The notes: generated by a model not told the origin, from the sequence alone. Shown: positions 41,801-55,500, counted from the stretch's first letter. The stretch is DNA of 64,000 nt from the human T2T-CHM13v2.0 reference genome, Homo sapiens (GCF_009914755.1 NC_060936.1); one strand, 5' to 3'. Program-made: numbers and translations.

Positions 41801-44722
41801 TGAGAATGATTCTGTCTAGTTTTTATACGAAGATGTTTCCTTTTCTACATTTGTCTCAAAGCGATTGAAATCTCCAACTGGAAACTGCACAAATAGGGTG
41901 TTTCAAATCTGCTCTGTCTAAAGGGAGGTTCAACTCTGTGAGTTCAATACACACACCACAAATAAGTTACTGAGAATTCTTCTGTCGAACATTACATGAA
42001 GAAATCCCTTTTCCAACGAAGGCCTCAAAGAGGTCCAAATATCCACTTGCAGAGATTACAAACAGTGTGTTTCCAAACTGCTCCATCAAAAGAAAGGTTA
42101 AACTCTGTGAGCTGAACCCACACATCAAAAAGAAGTTTCTGTGAATGATTCTGTCTAGATTTTATAAGAAGATGTTTCCTTTTCTACCGTAGGCCTCAAA
42201 GCGCTTGAAATCTCCAGCTGCAAATTCCACAAAAAGGGTGTTTAACATCTGCTCTTCTAAAGGAAAGTTCAACTCTATGAGTTGAATACACACAGCACAA
42301 AGAAGTTACTGAGACTTCTCCTATCAAACATTATATGAAGAAATCCCGTTTCCAACGAAGGCCTCAAAGAGGTCCAAATATCTGCTTGCAGACTTTACAG
42401 ACAGAGTTTTTCCAAACTGCTCCATCAAAAGAAAGGTTAAACTCCTTGAGTTGAACACACACATCACAAAGTAGTTTCTGTGAATGATTCTGTCTAGTTT
42501 TTATACGAAGATGTTTCCTTTTCTACCTTTGGTCTCAATGCGATTGAAATCTCCACATGGAAACTCCACAAAAAGAGTGTTTCAAATCTGCTCTTTCTGA
42601 AGGAAGGTTCAACTCTGTGAGTTGAATACACACACCACAAATAAGTTACTGAGAATTCTTCTGTGTAACATTATATGAGGAAATCCCGTTTCCAACGAAG
42701 GCCTCAAAGAGGTCCAAATATCCACTTGCAGACTTTACAAAGACAGTGTCTCCAAACTCCGCCATCAAAAGAAAGGTTATACTCTGTGAATTGAACGCAC
42801 ACATCACAAAGTAGTTTCTGAGAATGATTCTGTCTAGTTTTTATACGAAGATATTTCCTTTTCTACATTTGGCCTAAAAGCGCTTGAAATCTCCACCTGC
42901 AAATATCACAAAAAGAGGGTTTCACATCTGCTCTGTCTAAAGGACAGTTCACCTCTGTGAGTTGAATAGAGGCAACACAAAGAACTTACTCAGTATTCTT
43001 CTTTCTAGCGTTCTATGAAGAAATCCCGTTTCCAACGAAGGCCCCAAAGAGGTCCAAATATCTGCTTGCAGACTTTACAGACAGAGTGTTTCCAAAGTAC
43101 TCTATGAAAAGAAAGCTTAAACTCCTTGAGTTGAACGCACACATCACAAAGTAGTTTCTGAGAATGATTCTGTCTAGTTTTTATACGAAGATGTTTCCTT
43201 TTCTACATTTGGTCTCAAAGCGATTGAAATCTCCAACTGGAAACTGCACAAATAGGGTGTTTCAAATCTGCTCTGTCTAAAGGAAGGTTCAACTCTGTGA
43301 GTTGAATACACACACCACAAATAAGTTACTGAGAATTCTTCTGTCGAACATTACTTGAAGAAATCCCGTTTCCAACGAAGGCCTCAAAGAGGTCCAAATA
43401 TCCACTTGCAGACATTACAAACAGAGTGTTTCCAAACTGCTCCATCAAAAGAAAGGTTAAACTCTGTGAGCTGAACACACACATCAAAAATAAGTTTCTG
43501 TGAGTGATTCTGTCTAGATTTTATAAGATGATGTTTCCTTTTCTACCGTAGGCCTCAAAGCGCTTGAAATCTCCAGCTGCAAATTCCACAAAAAGGGTGT
43601 TTAACATCTGCTCTTCTAAAGGAAAGTTCAACCCTATGCGTTGAATACACACAGCAGAAAGAAGTTACTGAGACTTCTCCTATCAAACATTATATGAAGA
43701 AATGCCGTTTCCAACGAAGGCCTCAAAGAGGTCCAAATATCTGCTTGCAGACTTTACAGACAGAGTGTTTCCAAACTCCTCCATCAAAAGAAAGGTTAAA
43801 CTCCTTGAGTTGAACACACACATCACAAAGTAGTTTCTGTGAATGATTCTGTCTAGTTTTTATACGAAGATGTTTCCTTTTCTACCTTTGGTCTCAAAGC
43901 GATTGAAATCTCCACATGGAAACTCCACAAAAAGAGTGTTTCAAATCTGCTCTTTCTGAAGGAAGGTTCAACTCTGTGAGTTGAATACACACACCACAAA
44001 TAAGTTACTGAGAATTCTTCTGTGTAACATTATATGAGGAAATCCCATTTCCAACGAAGGCCTCAAAGAGGTCCCAATATCCACATGCAGACTTTACAAA
44101 GACAGTGTCTCCAAACTCCTCCATCAAAAGAAAGGTTATACTCTGTGAATTGAACGCACACATCACAAAGTAGTTTCTGAGAATGATTCTGTCTAGTTTT
44201 TATACGAAGATATTTCCTTTTCTACATTTGGCCTAAAAGCGCTTGAAATCTCCACCTGCAAATATCACAAAAAGAGGGTTTCACATCTGCTCTGTCTAAA
44301 GGACAGTTCAACTCTGTGAGTTGAATAGAGGCAACACAAAGAACTTACTCAGTATTCTTCTTTCTAGCATTCTATGAAGAAATCCCTTTTCCAACGAAGA
44401 CCCCAATGAGGTCCAAATATCTGCTTGCAGACTTTACAGACAGAGTGTTTCCAAAGTACTCTATGAAAAGAAAGCTTAAACTCCTTGAGTTGAACGCACA
44501 CATCACAAAGTAGTTTCTGAGAATGATTCTGTCTAGTTTTTATACGAAGATGTTTCCTTTTCTACATTTGGTCTCAAAGCGATTGAAATCTCCAACAGGA
44601 AACTGCACAAATAGGGTGTTTCAAATCTGCTCTGTCTAAAGGAAGGTTCAACTCTGTGAGTTGAATACACACACCACAAATAAGTTACTGAGAATTCTTC
44701 TGTCGAACATTACTTGAAGAAA
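32834..44722 (-). repeat. Super-HOR copy 3 (11889 bp, 35 dimers; copy 1 plus an internal 2717-bp duplication)
   Basis: Same marker order as copy 1, with the ttagtcag/tcgacct/cacgtg/catttgtctc marker set present twice, 2717 bp apart. Confidence 0.85.
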
Positions 44723-47700
44723 TCCCGTTTCCAACGAAGGCCTCAAAGAGGTCCAAATATCCACTTGCAGACATTACAAACAGAGTGTTTCCAAACTGCT
44801 CCATCAAAAGAAAGGTTAAACTCTGTGAGCTGAACACACACATCAAAAAGAAGTTTCTGTGAATGATTCTGTCTAGATTTTATAAGAAGATGCTTCCTTT
44901 TCTACCGTAGGCCTCAAAGCGCTTGAAATCTCCACATGGAAACTCCACAAAAAGGGTGTTTAACATCTGCTCTTCTAAAGGAAAGTTCAACTCTATGAGT
45001 TGAATACACACAGCACAAAGAAGTTACTGAGACTTCTCCTATCAAACATTATATGAAGAAATCCCGTTTCCAACGATGGCCTCAAAGAGGTCCAAATATC
45101 TCCTTGCAGACTTTACAAAGACAGTGTCTCCAAACTCCTCCATCAAAAGAAAGGTTATACTCTGTGAATTGAACGCACACATCACAAAGTAGTTTCTGAG
45201 AATGATTCTGTCTAGTTTTTATACGAAGATATTTCCTTTTCTACATTTGGCCTAAAAGCGCTTGAAATCTCCACCTGCAAATATCACAAAAAGGTTGTTT
45301 CACATCTGCTCTGTCTAAAGGACTGTTCACCTCTGTGAGTTGAATAGAGGCAACACAAAGAACTTACTCAGTATTCTTCTTTCTATCGTTCTATGAAGAA
45401 ATCCCGTTTCTAACGAAGTCCCCAAAGAGGTCCAAATATCTGCTTGCAGACTTTACAGACAGAGTGTTTCCAAACTACTCTATGAAAAGAAAGATTAAAC
45501 TCCTTGAGTTGAACGCACACATCAGAAAGTAGTTTCTGAGAATTATTCTGTCTAGTTTTTATACGAAGATGTTTCCTTTTCTACATTTGGTCTCAAAGCG
45601 ATTGAAATCTCCAACTGGAAACTGCACAAATAGGGTGTTTCAAAACTGCTCTGTCTAAAGGAAGGTTCAACTCTGTGAGTTGAATACACACACCACAAAT
45701 AAGTTACTGAGAATTCTTCTGTCGAACATTACTTGAAGAAATCCCGTTTCCAACGAAGGCCTCAAAGAGGTCCAAATATCCACTTGCAGACATTACAAAC
45801 AGAGTGTTTCCAAACTGCTCCATCAAAAGAAAGGTTAAACTCTGTGAGCTGAACACACACATCAAAAAGAAGTTTCTGTGAATGATTCTGTCTAGATTTT
45901 ATAAGAAGATGCTTCCTTTTCTACCATAGGCCTCAAAGCACTTGAAATCTCCAGCTGCAAATTCCACAAAAAGGGTGTTTAACATCTGCTCTTCTAAAGG
46001 AAAGTTCAACTCTATGAGTTGAATACACACAGCACAAAGAAGTTACTGAGACTTCTCCTATCAAACATTATATGAAGAAATCCCGTTTCCAACGATGGCC
46101 TCAAAGAGGTCCAAATATCTGCTTGCAGACTTTACAAAGACAGTGTCTCCAAACTCCTCCATCAAAAGAAAGGTTATACTCTGTGAGTTGAACGCACACA
46201 TCACAAAGTAGTTTCTGAGAATGATTCTGTCTAGTTTTTATACGAAGATATTTCCTTTTCTACATTTGGCCTAAAAGCGCTTGAAATCTCCACCTGCAAA
46301 TATCACAAAAAGGTTGTTTCACATCTGCTCTGTCTAAAGGACAGTTCACCTCTGTGAGTTGAATAGAGGCAACACAAAGAACTTACTCAGTATTCTTCTT
46401 TCTAGCGTTCTATGAAGAAATCCCGTTTCTAACGAAGTCCCCAAAGAGGTCCAAATATCTGCTTGCAGACTTTACAGACAGAGTGTTTCCAAACTAGTCT
46501 ATGAAAAGAAAGCTTAAACTCCTTGAGTTGAACGCACACATCAGAAAGTAGTTTCTGAGAATGATTCTGTCTAGTTTTTATACGAAGATGTTTCCTTTTC
46601 TACCTTTGGTCTCAAAGCGATTGAAATCTCCAACTGGAAACTGCACAAATAGGGTGTTTCAAAACTGCTCTGTCTAAAGGAAGGTTCAACTCTGTGAGTT
46701 GAATACACACACCACAAATAAGTTACTGAGAATTCTTCTGTCGAACATTACTTGAAGAAATCCCGTTTCCAACGAAGGCCTCAAAGAGGTCCAAATATCC
46801 ACTTGCAGACATTACAAACAGAGTGTTTCCAAACTGCTCCATCAAAAGAAAGGTTAAACTCTGTGAGCTGAACACACACATCAAAAATAAGTTTCTGTGA
46901 ATGATTCTGTCTAGATTTTATAAGAAGATGCTTCCTTTTCTACCGTAGGCCTCAAAGCGCTTGAAATCTCCACATGGAAACTCCACAAAAAGGGTGTTTA
47001 ACATCTGCTCTTCTAAAGGAAAGTTCAACTCTATGAGTTGAATACACACAGCACAAAGAAGTTACTGAGACTTCTCCTATCAAACATTATATGAAGAAAT
47101 CCCGTTTCCAACGATGGCCTCAAAGAGGTCCAAATATCTCCTTGCAGACTTTACAAAGACAGTGTCTCCAAACTCCTCCATCAAAAGAAAGGTTATACTC
47201 TGTGAATTGAACGCACACATCACAAAGTAGTTTCTGAGAATGATTCTGTCTAGTTTTTATACGAAGATATTTCCTTTTCTACATTTGGCCTAAAAGCGCT
47301 TGAAATCTCCACCTGCAAATATCACAAAAAGGTTGTTTCACATCTGCTCTGTCTAAAGGACTGTTCACCTCTGTGAGTTGAATAGAGGCAACACAAAGAA
47401 CTTACTCAGTATTCTTCTTTCTAGCGTTCTATGAAGAAATCCCGTTTCTAACGAAGTCCCCAAAGAGGTCCAAATATCTGCTTGCAGACTTTACAGACAG
47501 AGTGTTTCCAAACTAGTCTATGAAAAGAAAGCTTAAACTCCTTGAGTTGAACGCACACATCAGAAAGTAGTTTCTGAGAATGATTCTGTCTAGTTTTTAT
47601 ACGAAGATGTTTCCTTTTCTACATTTGGTCTCAAAGCGATTGAAATCTCCAACTGGAAACTGCACAAATAGGGTGTTTCAAAACTGCTCTGTCTAAAGGA

Positions 47701-50700
47701 AGGTTCAACTCTGTGAGTTGAATACACACACCACAAATAAGTTACTGAGAATTCTTCTGTCGAACATTACTTGAAGAAATCCCGTTTCCAACGAAGGCCT
47801 CAAAGAGGTCCAAATATCCACTTGCAGACATTACAAACAGAGTGTTTCCAAACTGCTCCATCAAAAGAAAGGTTAAACTCTGTGAGCTGAACACACACAT
47901 CAAAAATAAGTTTCTGTGAATGATTCTGTCTAGATTTTATAAGAAGATGTTTCCTTTTCTACCGTAGGCCTCAAAGCGCTTGAAATCTCCAGCTGCAAAT
48001 TCCACAAAAAGGGTCATTAACATCTGCTCTTCTAAAGGAAAGTTCAACTCTATGAGTTGAATACACACAGCACAAAGAAGTTACTGAGACTTCTCCTATC
48101 AAACATTATATGAAGAAATCCCGTTTCCAACGAAGGCCTCAAAGAGGTCCAAATATCTGCTTGCAGACTTTACAGACAGAGTGTTTCCAAACTGCTCCAT
48201 CAAAAGAAAGGATAAACTCCTTGAGTTGAACACACACATCACAAAGTAGTTTCTGTGAATGATTCTGTCTAGTTTTTATACGAAGATGTTTCCTTTTCTA
48301 CCTTTGGTCTCAAAGCGATTGAAATCTCCACATGGAAACTCCACAAAAAGAGTGTTTCAAATCTGCTCTTTCTGAAGGAAGGTTCAACTCTGTGAGTTGA
48401 ATACACACACCACAAATAAGTTACTGAGAATTCTTCTGTGTAACATTATATGAGGAAATCCCGTTTCCAACGAAGGCCTCAAAGAGGTCCAAATATCCAC
48501 TTGCAGACTTTACAAAGACAGTGTCTCCAAACTCCTCCATCAAAAGAAAGGTTATACTCTGTGAATTGAACGCACACATCACAAAGTAGTTTCTGAGAAT
48601 GATTCTGTCTAGTTTTTATACGAAGATATTTCCTTTTCTACATTTGGCCTGAAAGCGCTTGAAATCTCCACGTGCAAATATCACAAAAAGAGGGTTTCAC
48701 ATCTGCTCTGTCTAAAGGACAGTTCACCTCTGTGAGTTGAATAGAGGCAACACAAAGAACTTACTCAGTATTCTTCTTTCTAGAGTTCTATGAAGAAATC
48801 CCGTTTCCAACGAAGGCCTCAAAGAGGTCCAAATATCTGCTTGCAGACTTTACAAAGACAGTGTCTCCAAACTCCTCCATCAAAAGAAAGGTTATACTCT
48901 GTGAATTGAACGCACACATCACAAAGTAGTTTCTGAGAATGATTCTGTCTAGTTTTTATACGAAGATATTTCCTTTTCTACATTTGGCCTAAAAGCGCTT
49001 GAAATCTCCACCTGCAAATATCACAAAAAGGTTGTTTCACATCTGCTCTGTCTAAAGGACTGTTCACCTCTGTGAGTTGAATAGAGGCAACACAAAGAAC
49101 TTACTCAGTATTCTTCTTTCTATCGTTCTATGAAGAAATCCCGTTTCTAACGAAGTCCCCAAAGAGGTCCAAATATCTGCTTGCAGACTTTACAGACAGA
49201 GTGTTTCCAAACTACTCTATGAAAAGAAAGATTAAACTCCTTGAGTTGAACGCACACATCAGAAAGTAGTTTCTGAGAATTATTCTGTCTAGTTTTTATA
49301 CGAAGATGTTTCCTTTTCTACATTTGGTCTCAAAGCGATTGAAATCTCCAACTGGAAACTGCACAAATAGGGTGTTTCAAAACTGCTCTGTCTAAAGGAA
49401 GGTTCAACTCTGTGAGTTGAATACACACACCACAAATAAGTTACTGAGAATTCTTCTGTCGAACATTACTTGAAGAAATCCCGTTTCCAACGAAGGCCTC
49501 AAAGAGGTCCAAATATCCACTTGCAGACATTACAAACAGAGTGTTTCCAAACTGCTCCATCAAAAGAAAGGTTAAACTCTGTGAGCTGAACACACACATC
49601 AAAAAGAAGTTTCTGTGAATGATTCTGTCTAGATTTTATAAGAAGATGCTTCCTTTTCTACCATAGGCCTCAAAGCACTTGAAATCTCCAGCTGCAAATT
49701 CCACAAAAAGGGTGTTTAACATCTGCTCTTCTAAAGGAAAGTTCAACTCTATGAGTTGAATACACACAGCACAAAGAAGTTACTGAGACTTCTCCTATCA
49801 AACATTATATGAAGAAATCCCGTTTCCAACGATGGCCTCAAAGAGGTCCAAATATCTGCTTGCAGACTTTACAAAGACAGTGTCTCCAAACTCCTCCATC
49901 AAAAGAAAGGTTATACTCTGTGAGTTGAACGCACACATCACAAAGTAGTTTCTGAGAATGATTCTGTCTAGTTTTTATACGAAGATATTTCCTTTTCTAC
50001 ATTTGGCCTAAAAGCGCTTGAAATCTCCACCTGCAAATATCACAAAAAGGTTGTTTCACATCTGCTCTGTCTAAAGGACAGTTCACCTCTGTGAGTTGAA
50101 TAGAGGCAACACAAAGAACTTACTCAGTATTCTTCTTTCTAGCGTTCTATGAAGAAATCCCGTTTCTAACGAAGTCCCCAAAGAGGTCCAAATATCTGCT
50201 TGCAGACTTTACAGACAGAGTGTTTCCAAACTAGTCTATGAAAAGAAAGCTTAAACTCCTTGAGTTGAACGCACACATCAGAAAGTAGTTTCTGAGAATG
50301 ATTCTGTCTAGTTTTTATACGAAGATGTTTCCTTTTCTACCTTTGGTCTCAAAGCGATTGAAATCTCCAACTGGAAACTGCACAAATAGGGTGTTTCAAA
50401 ACTGCTCTGTCTAAAGGAAGGTTCAACTCTGTGAGTTGAATACACACACCACAAATAAGTTACTGAGAATTCTTCTGTCGAACATTACTTGAAGAAATCC
50501 CGTTTCCAACGAAGGCCTCAAAGAGGTCCAAATATCCACTTGCAGACATTACAAACAGAGTGTTTCCAAACTGCTCCATCAAAAGAAAGGTTAAACTCTG
50601 TGAGCTGAACACACACATCAAAAATAAGTTTCTGTGAATGATTCTGTCTAGATTTTATAAGAAGATGCTTCCTTTTCTACCGTAGGCCTCAAAGCGCTTG

Positions 50701-52535
50701 AAATCTCCACATGGAAACTCCACAAAAAGGGTGTTTAACATCTGCTCTTCTAAAGGAAAGTTCAACTCTATGAGTTGAATACACACAGCACAAAGAAGTT
50801 ACTGAGACTTCTCCTATCAAACATTATATGAAGAAATCCCGTTTCCAACGATGGCCTCAAAGAGGTCCAAATATCTCCTTGCAGACTTTACAAAGACAGT
50901 GTCTCCAAACTCCTCCATCAAAAGAAAGGTTATACTCTGTGAATTGAACGCACACATCACAAAGTAGTTTCTGAGAATGATTCTGTCTAGTTTTTATACG
51001 AAGATATTTCCTTTTCTACATTTGGCCTAAAAGCGCTTGAAATCTCCACCTGCAAATATCACAAAAAGGTTGTTTCACATCTGCTCTGTCTAAAGGACTG
51101 TTCACCTCTGTGAGTTGAATAGAGGCAACACAAAGAACTTACTCAGTATTCTTCTTTCTAGTGTTCTATGAAGAAATCCCGTTTCTAACGAAGTCCCCAA
51201 AGAGGTCCAAATATCTGCTTGCAGACTTTACAGACAGAGTGTTTCCAAACTAGTCTATGAAAAGAAAGCTTAAACTCCTTGAGTTGAACGCACACATCAG
51301 AAAGTAGTTTCTGAGAATGATTCTGTCTAGTTTTTATACGAAGATGTTTCCTTTTCTACATTTGGTCTCAAAGCGATTGAAATCTCCAACTGGAAACTGC
51401 ACAAATAGGGTGTTTCAAAACTGCTCTGTCTAAAGGAAGGTTCAACTCTGTGAGTTGAATACACACACCACAAATAAGTTACTGAGAATTCTTCTGTCGA
51501 ACATTACTTGAAGAAATCCCGTTTCCAACGAAGGCCTCAAAGAGGTCCAAATATCCACTTGCAGACATTACAAACAGAGTGTTTCCAAACTGCTCCATCA
51601 AAAGAAAGGTTAAACTCTGTGAGCTGAACACACACATCAAAAATAAGTTTCTGTGAATGATTCTGTCTAGATTTTATAAGAAGATGTTTCCTTTTCTACC
51701 GTAGGCCTCAAAGCGCTTGAAATCTCCAGCTGCAAATTCCACAAAAAGGGTCATTAACATCTGCTCTTCTAAAGGAAAGTTCAACTCTATGAGTTGAATA
51801 CACACAGCACAAAGAAGTTACTGAGACTTCTCCTATCAAACATTATATGAAGAAATCCCGTTTCCAAAGAAGGCCTCAAAGAGGTCCAAATATCTGCTTG
51901 CAGACTTTACAGACAGAGTGTTTCCAAACTGCTCCATCAAAAGAAAGGATAAACTCCTTGAGTTGAACACACACATCACAAAGTAGTTTCTGTGAATGAT
52001 TCTGTCTAGTTTTTATACGAAGATGTTTCCTTTTCTACCTTTGGTCTCAAAGCGATTGAAATCTCCACATGGAAACTCCACAAAAAGAGTGTTTCAAATC
52101 TGCTCTTTCTGAAGGAAGGTTCAACTCTGTGAGTTGAATACACACACCACAAATAAGTTACTGAGAATTCTTCTGTGTAACATTATATGAGGAAATCCCG
52201 TTTCCAACGAAGGCCTCAAAGAGGTCCAAATATCCACTTGCAGACTTTACAAAGACAGTGTCTCCAAACTCCTCCATCAAAAGAAAGGTTATACTCTGTG
52301 AATTGAACGCACACATCACAAAGTAGTTTCTGAGAATGATTCTGTCTAGTTTTTATACGAAGATATTTCCTTTTCTACATTTGGCCTGAAAGCGCTTGAA
52401 ATCTCCACGTGCAAATATCACAAAAAGAGGGTTTCACATCTGCTCTGTCTAAAGGACAGTTCACCTCTGTGAGTTGAATAGAGGCAACACAAAGAACTTA
52501 CTCAGTATTCTTCTTTCTAGAGTTCTATGAAGAAA
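44723..52535 (-). repeat. Block rich in 6-mer (P-R-S, ~1019 bp) variant HORs, tandemly duplicated at a 3737-bp offset
   Basis: Q is absent before R at 45062, 46081, 47100, 49818 and 50837. Block-specific markers are aacgatgg, tttctaacgaagtcccc, aaaaggttgtttcac, atcagaaag and tttcaaaactgc. Confidence 0.9.
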
Positions 52536-55500
52536 TCCCGTTTCCAACGAAGGCCTCAAAGAGGTCCAAATATCTGCTTGCAGACTTTACAGACAGAGTG
52601 TTTCCAAACTACTCTATGAAAAGAAAGCTTAAACTCCTTGAGTTGAACGCACACATCACAAAGTAGTTTCTGAGAATGATTCTGTCTAGTTTTTATACGA
52701 AGATGTTTCCTTTTCTACATTTGGTCTCAAAGCGATTGAAATCTCCAACTGGAAACTGCACAAATAGGGTGTTTCAAATCTGCTCTGTCTAAAGGGAGGT
52801 TCAACTCTGTGAGTTCAATACACACACCACAAATAAGTTACTGAGAATTCTTCTGTCGAACATTACATGAAGAAATCCCGTTTCCAACGAAGGCCTCAAA
52901 GAGGTCCAAATATCCACTTGCAGAGATTACAAACAGTGTGTTTCCAAACTGCTCCATCAAAAGAAAGGTTAAACTCTGTGAGCTGAACACACACATCAAA
53001 AAGATGTTTCTGTGAATGATTCTGTCTAGATTTTATAAGAAGATGTTTCCTTTTCTACAGTAGGCCTCAAAGCGCTTGAAATCTCCAGCTGCAAATTCCA
53101 CAAAAAGGGTGTTTAACATCTGCTCTTCTAAAGGAAAGTTCAAATCTATGAGTTGAATACACACAGCACAAAGAAGTTACTGAGACTTCTCCTATCAAAC
53201 ATTATATGAAGAAATCCCGTTTCCAACGAAGGCCTCAAAGAGGTCCAAATATCTGCTTGCAGACTTTACAGACAGAGTTTTTCCAAACTGCTCCATCAAA
53301 AGAAAGGTTAAACTCCTTGAGTTGAACACACACATCACAAAGTAGTTTCTGTGAATGATTCTGTCTAGTTTTTATACGAAGATGTTTCGTTTTCTACCTT
53401 TGGTCTCAATGCGATTGAAATCTCCACATGGAAACTCCACAAAAAGAGTGTTTCAAATCTGCTCTTTCTGAAGGAAGGTTCAACTCTGTGAGTTGAATAC
53501 ACACACCACAAATAAGTTACTGAGAATTCTTCTGTGTAACATTATATGAGGAAATCCCGTTTCCAACGAAGGCCTCAAAGAGGTCCAAATATCCACTTGC
53601 AGACTTTACAAAGACAGTGTCTCCAAACTCCGCCATCAAAAGAAAGGTTATACTCTGTGAATTGAACGCACACATCACAAAGTAGTTTCTGAGAATGATT
53701 CTGTCTAGTTTTTATACGAAGATATTTCCTTTTCTACATTTGGCCTAAAAGCGCTTGAAATCTCCACCTGCAATATCACAAAAAGAGGGTTTCACATCTG
53801 CTCTGTCTAAAGGACAGTTCACCTCTGTGAGTTGAATAGAGGCAACACAAAGAACTTACTCAGTATTCTTCTTTCTAGCGTTCTATGAAGAAATCCCGTT
53901 TCCAACGAAGGCCCCAAAGAGGTCCAAATATCTGCTTGCACACTTTACAGACAGAGTGTTTCCAAACTACTCTATGAAAAGAAAGCTTAAACTCCTTGAG
54001 TTGAACGCACACATCACAAAGAGTTTCTGAGAATGATTCTGTCTAGTTTTTATACGAAGATGTTTCCTTTTCTACATTTGGTCTCAAAGCGATTGAAATC
54101 TCCAACTGGAAACTGCACAAATAGGGTGTTTCAAATTTGCTCTGTCGAAAGGAAGGTTCAACTCTGTGAGTTGAATACACACACCACAAATAAGTTACTG
54201 AGAATTCTTCTCCCGAACATTACTTGAAGAAATCCCGTTTCCAACGAAGGCCTCAAAGAGGTCCAAATATCCACTTGCAGACATTACAAACAGAGTGTTT
54301 CCAAACTGCTCCATCAAAAGAAAGGTTAAACTCTGTGAGCTGAACACACACATCAAAAAGAAGTTTCTGTGAATGATTCTGTCTAGATTTTATAAGATGT
54401 TTCCTTTTCTACCGTAGGCCTCAAAGCGCTTGAAATCTCCAGCTGCAAATTCCACAAAAAGGGTGTTTAACATCTGCTCTTCTAAAGGAAAGTTCAACTC
54501 TATGAGTTGAATACACACAGCACAAAGAAGTTACTGAGACTTCTCCTATCAAACATTATATGAAGAAATCCCGTTTCCAACGAAGGCCTCAAAGAGGTCC
54601 AAATATCTGCTTGCAGACTTTACAGACAGAGTGTTTCCAAACTGCTCCATCAAAAGAAAGGTTAAACTCCTTGAGTTGAACACACACATCACAAAGTAGT
54701 TTCTGTGAATGATTCTGTCCAGTTTTTATACGAAGATGTTTCCTTTTCTACCTTTGGTCTCAAAGCGATTGAAATCTCCACATGGAAACTCCACAAAAAG
54801 AGTGTTTCAAATCTGCTCTTTCTGAAGGAAGGTTCAACTCTGTGAGTTGAATACACACACCACAAATAAGTTACTGAGAATTCTTCTGTGTAACATTATA
54901 TGAGGAAATCCCGTTTCCAACGAAGGCCTCAAAGAGGTCCAAATATCCACTTGCAGACTTTACAAAGACAGTGTCTCCAAACTCCTCCATCAAAAGAAAG
55001 GTTATACTCTGTGAATTGAACGCACACATCACAAAGTAGTTTCTGAGAATGATTCTGTCTAGTTTTTATACGAAGATATTTCCTTTTCTACATTTGGCCT
55101 AAAAGCGCTTGAAATCTGCACGTGCAAATATCACAAAAAGAGGGTTTCACATCTGCTCTGTCTAAAGGACAGTTCACCTCTGTGAGTTGAATAGAGGCAA
55201 CACAAAGAACTTACTCAGTATTCTTCTTTCTAGCGTTCTATGAAGAAATCCCGTTTCCAACGAAGGCCCCAAAGAGGTCCAAATATCTGCTTGCACACTT
55301 TACAGACAGAGTGTTTCCAAACTACTCTATGAAAAGAAAGCTTAAACTCCTTGAGTTGAACGCACACATCACAAAGTAGTTTCTGAGAATGATTCTGTCT
55401 AGTTTTTATACGAAGATGTTTCCTTTTCTACATTTGGTCTCAAAGCGATTGAAATCTCCAACTGGAAACTGCACAAATAGGGTGTTTCAAATCTGCTCTG

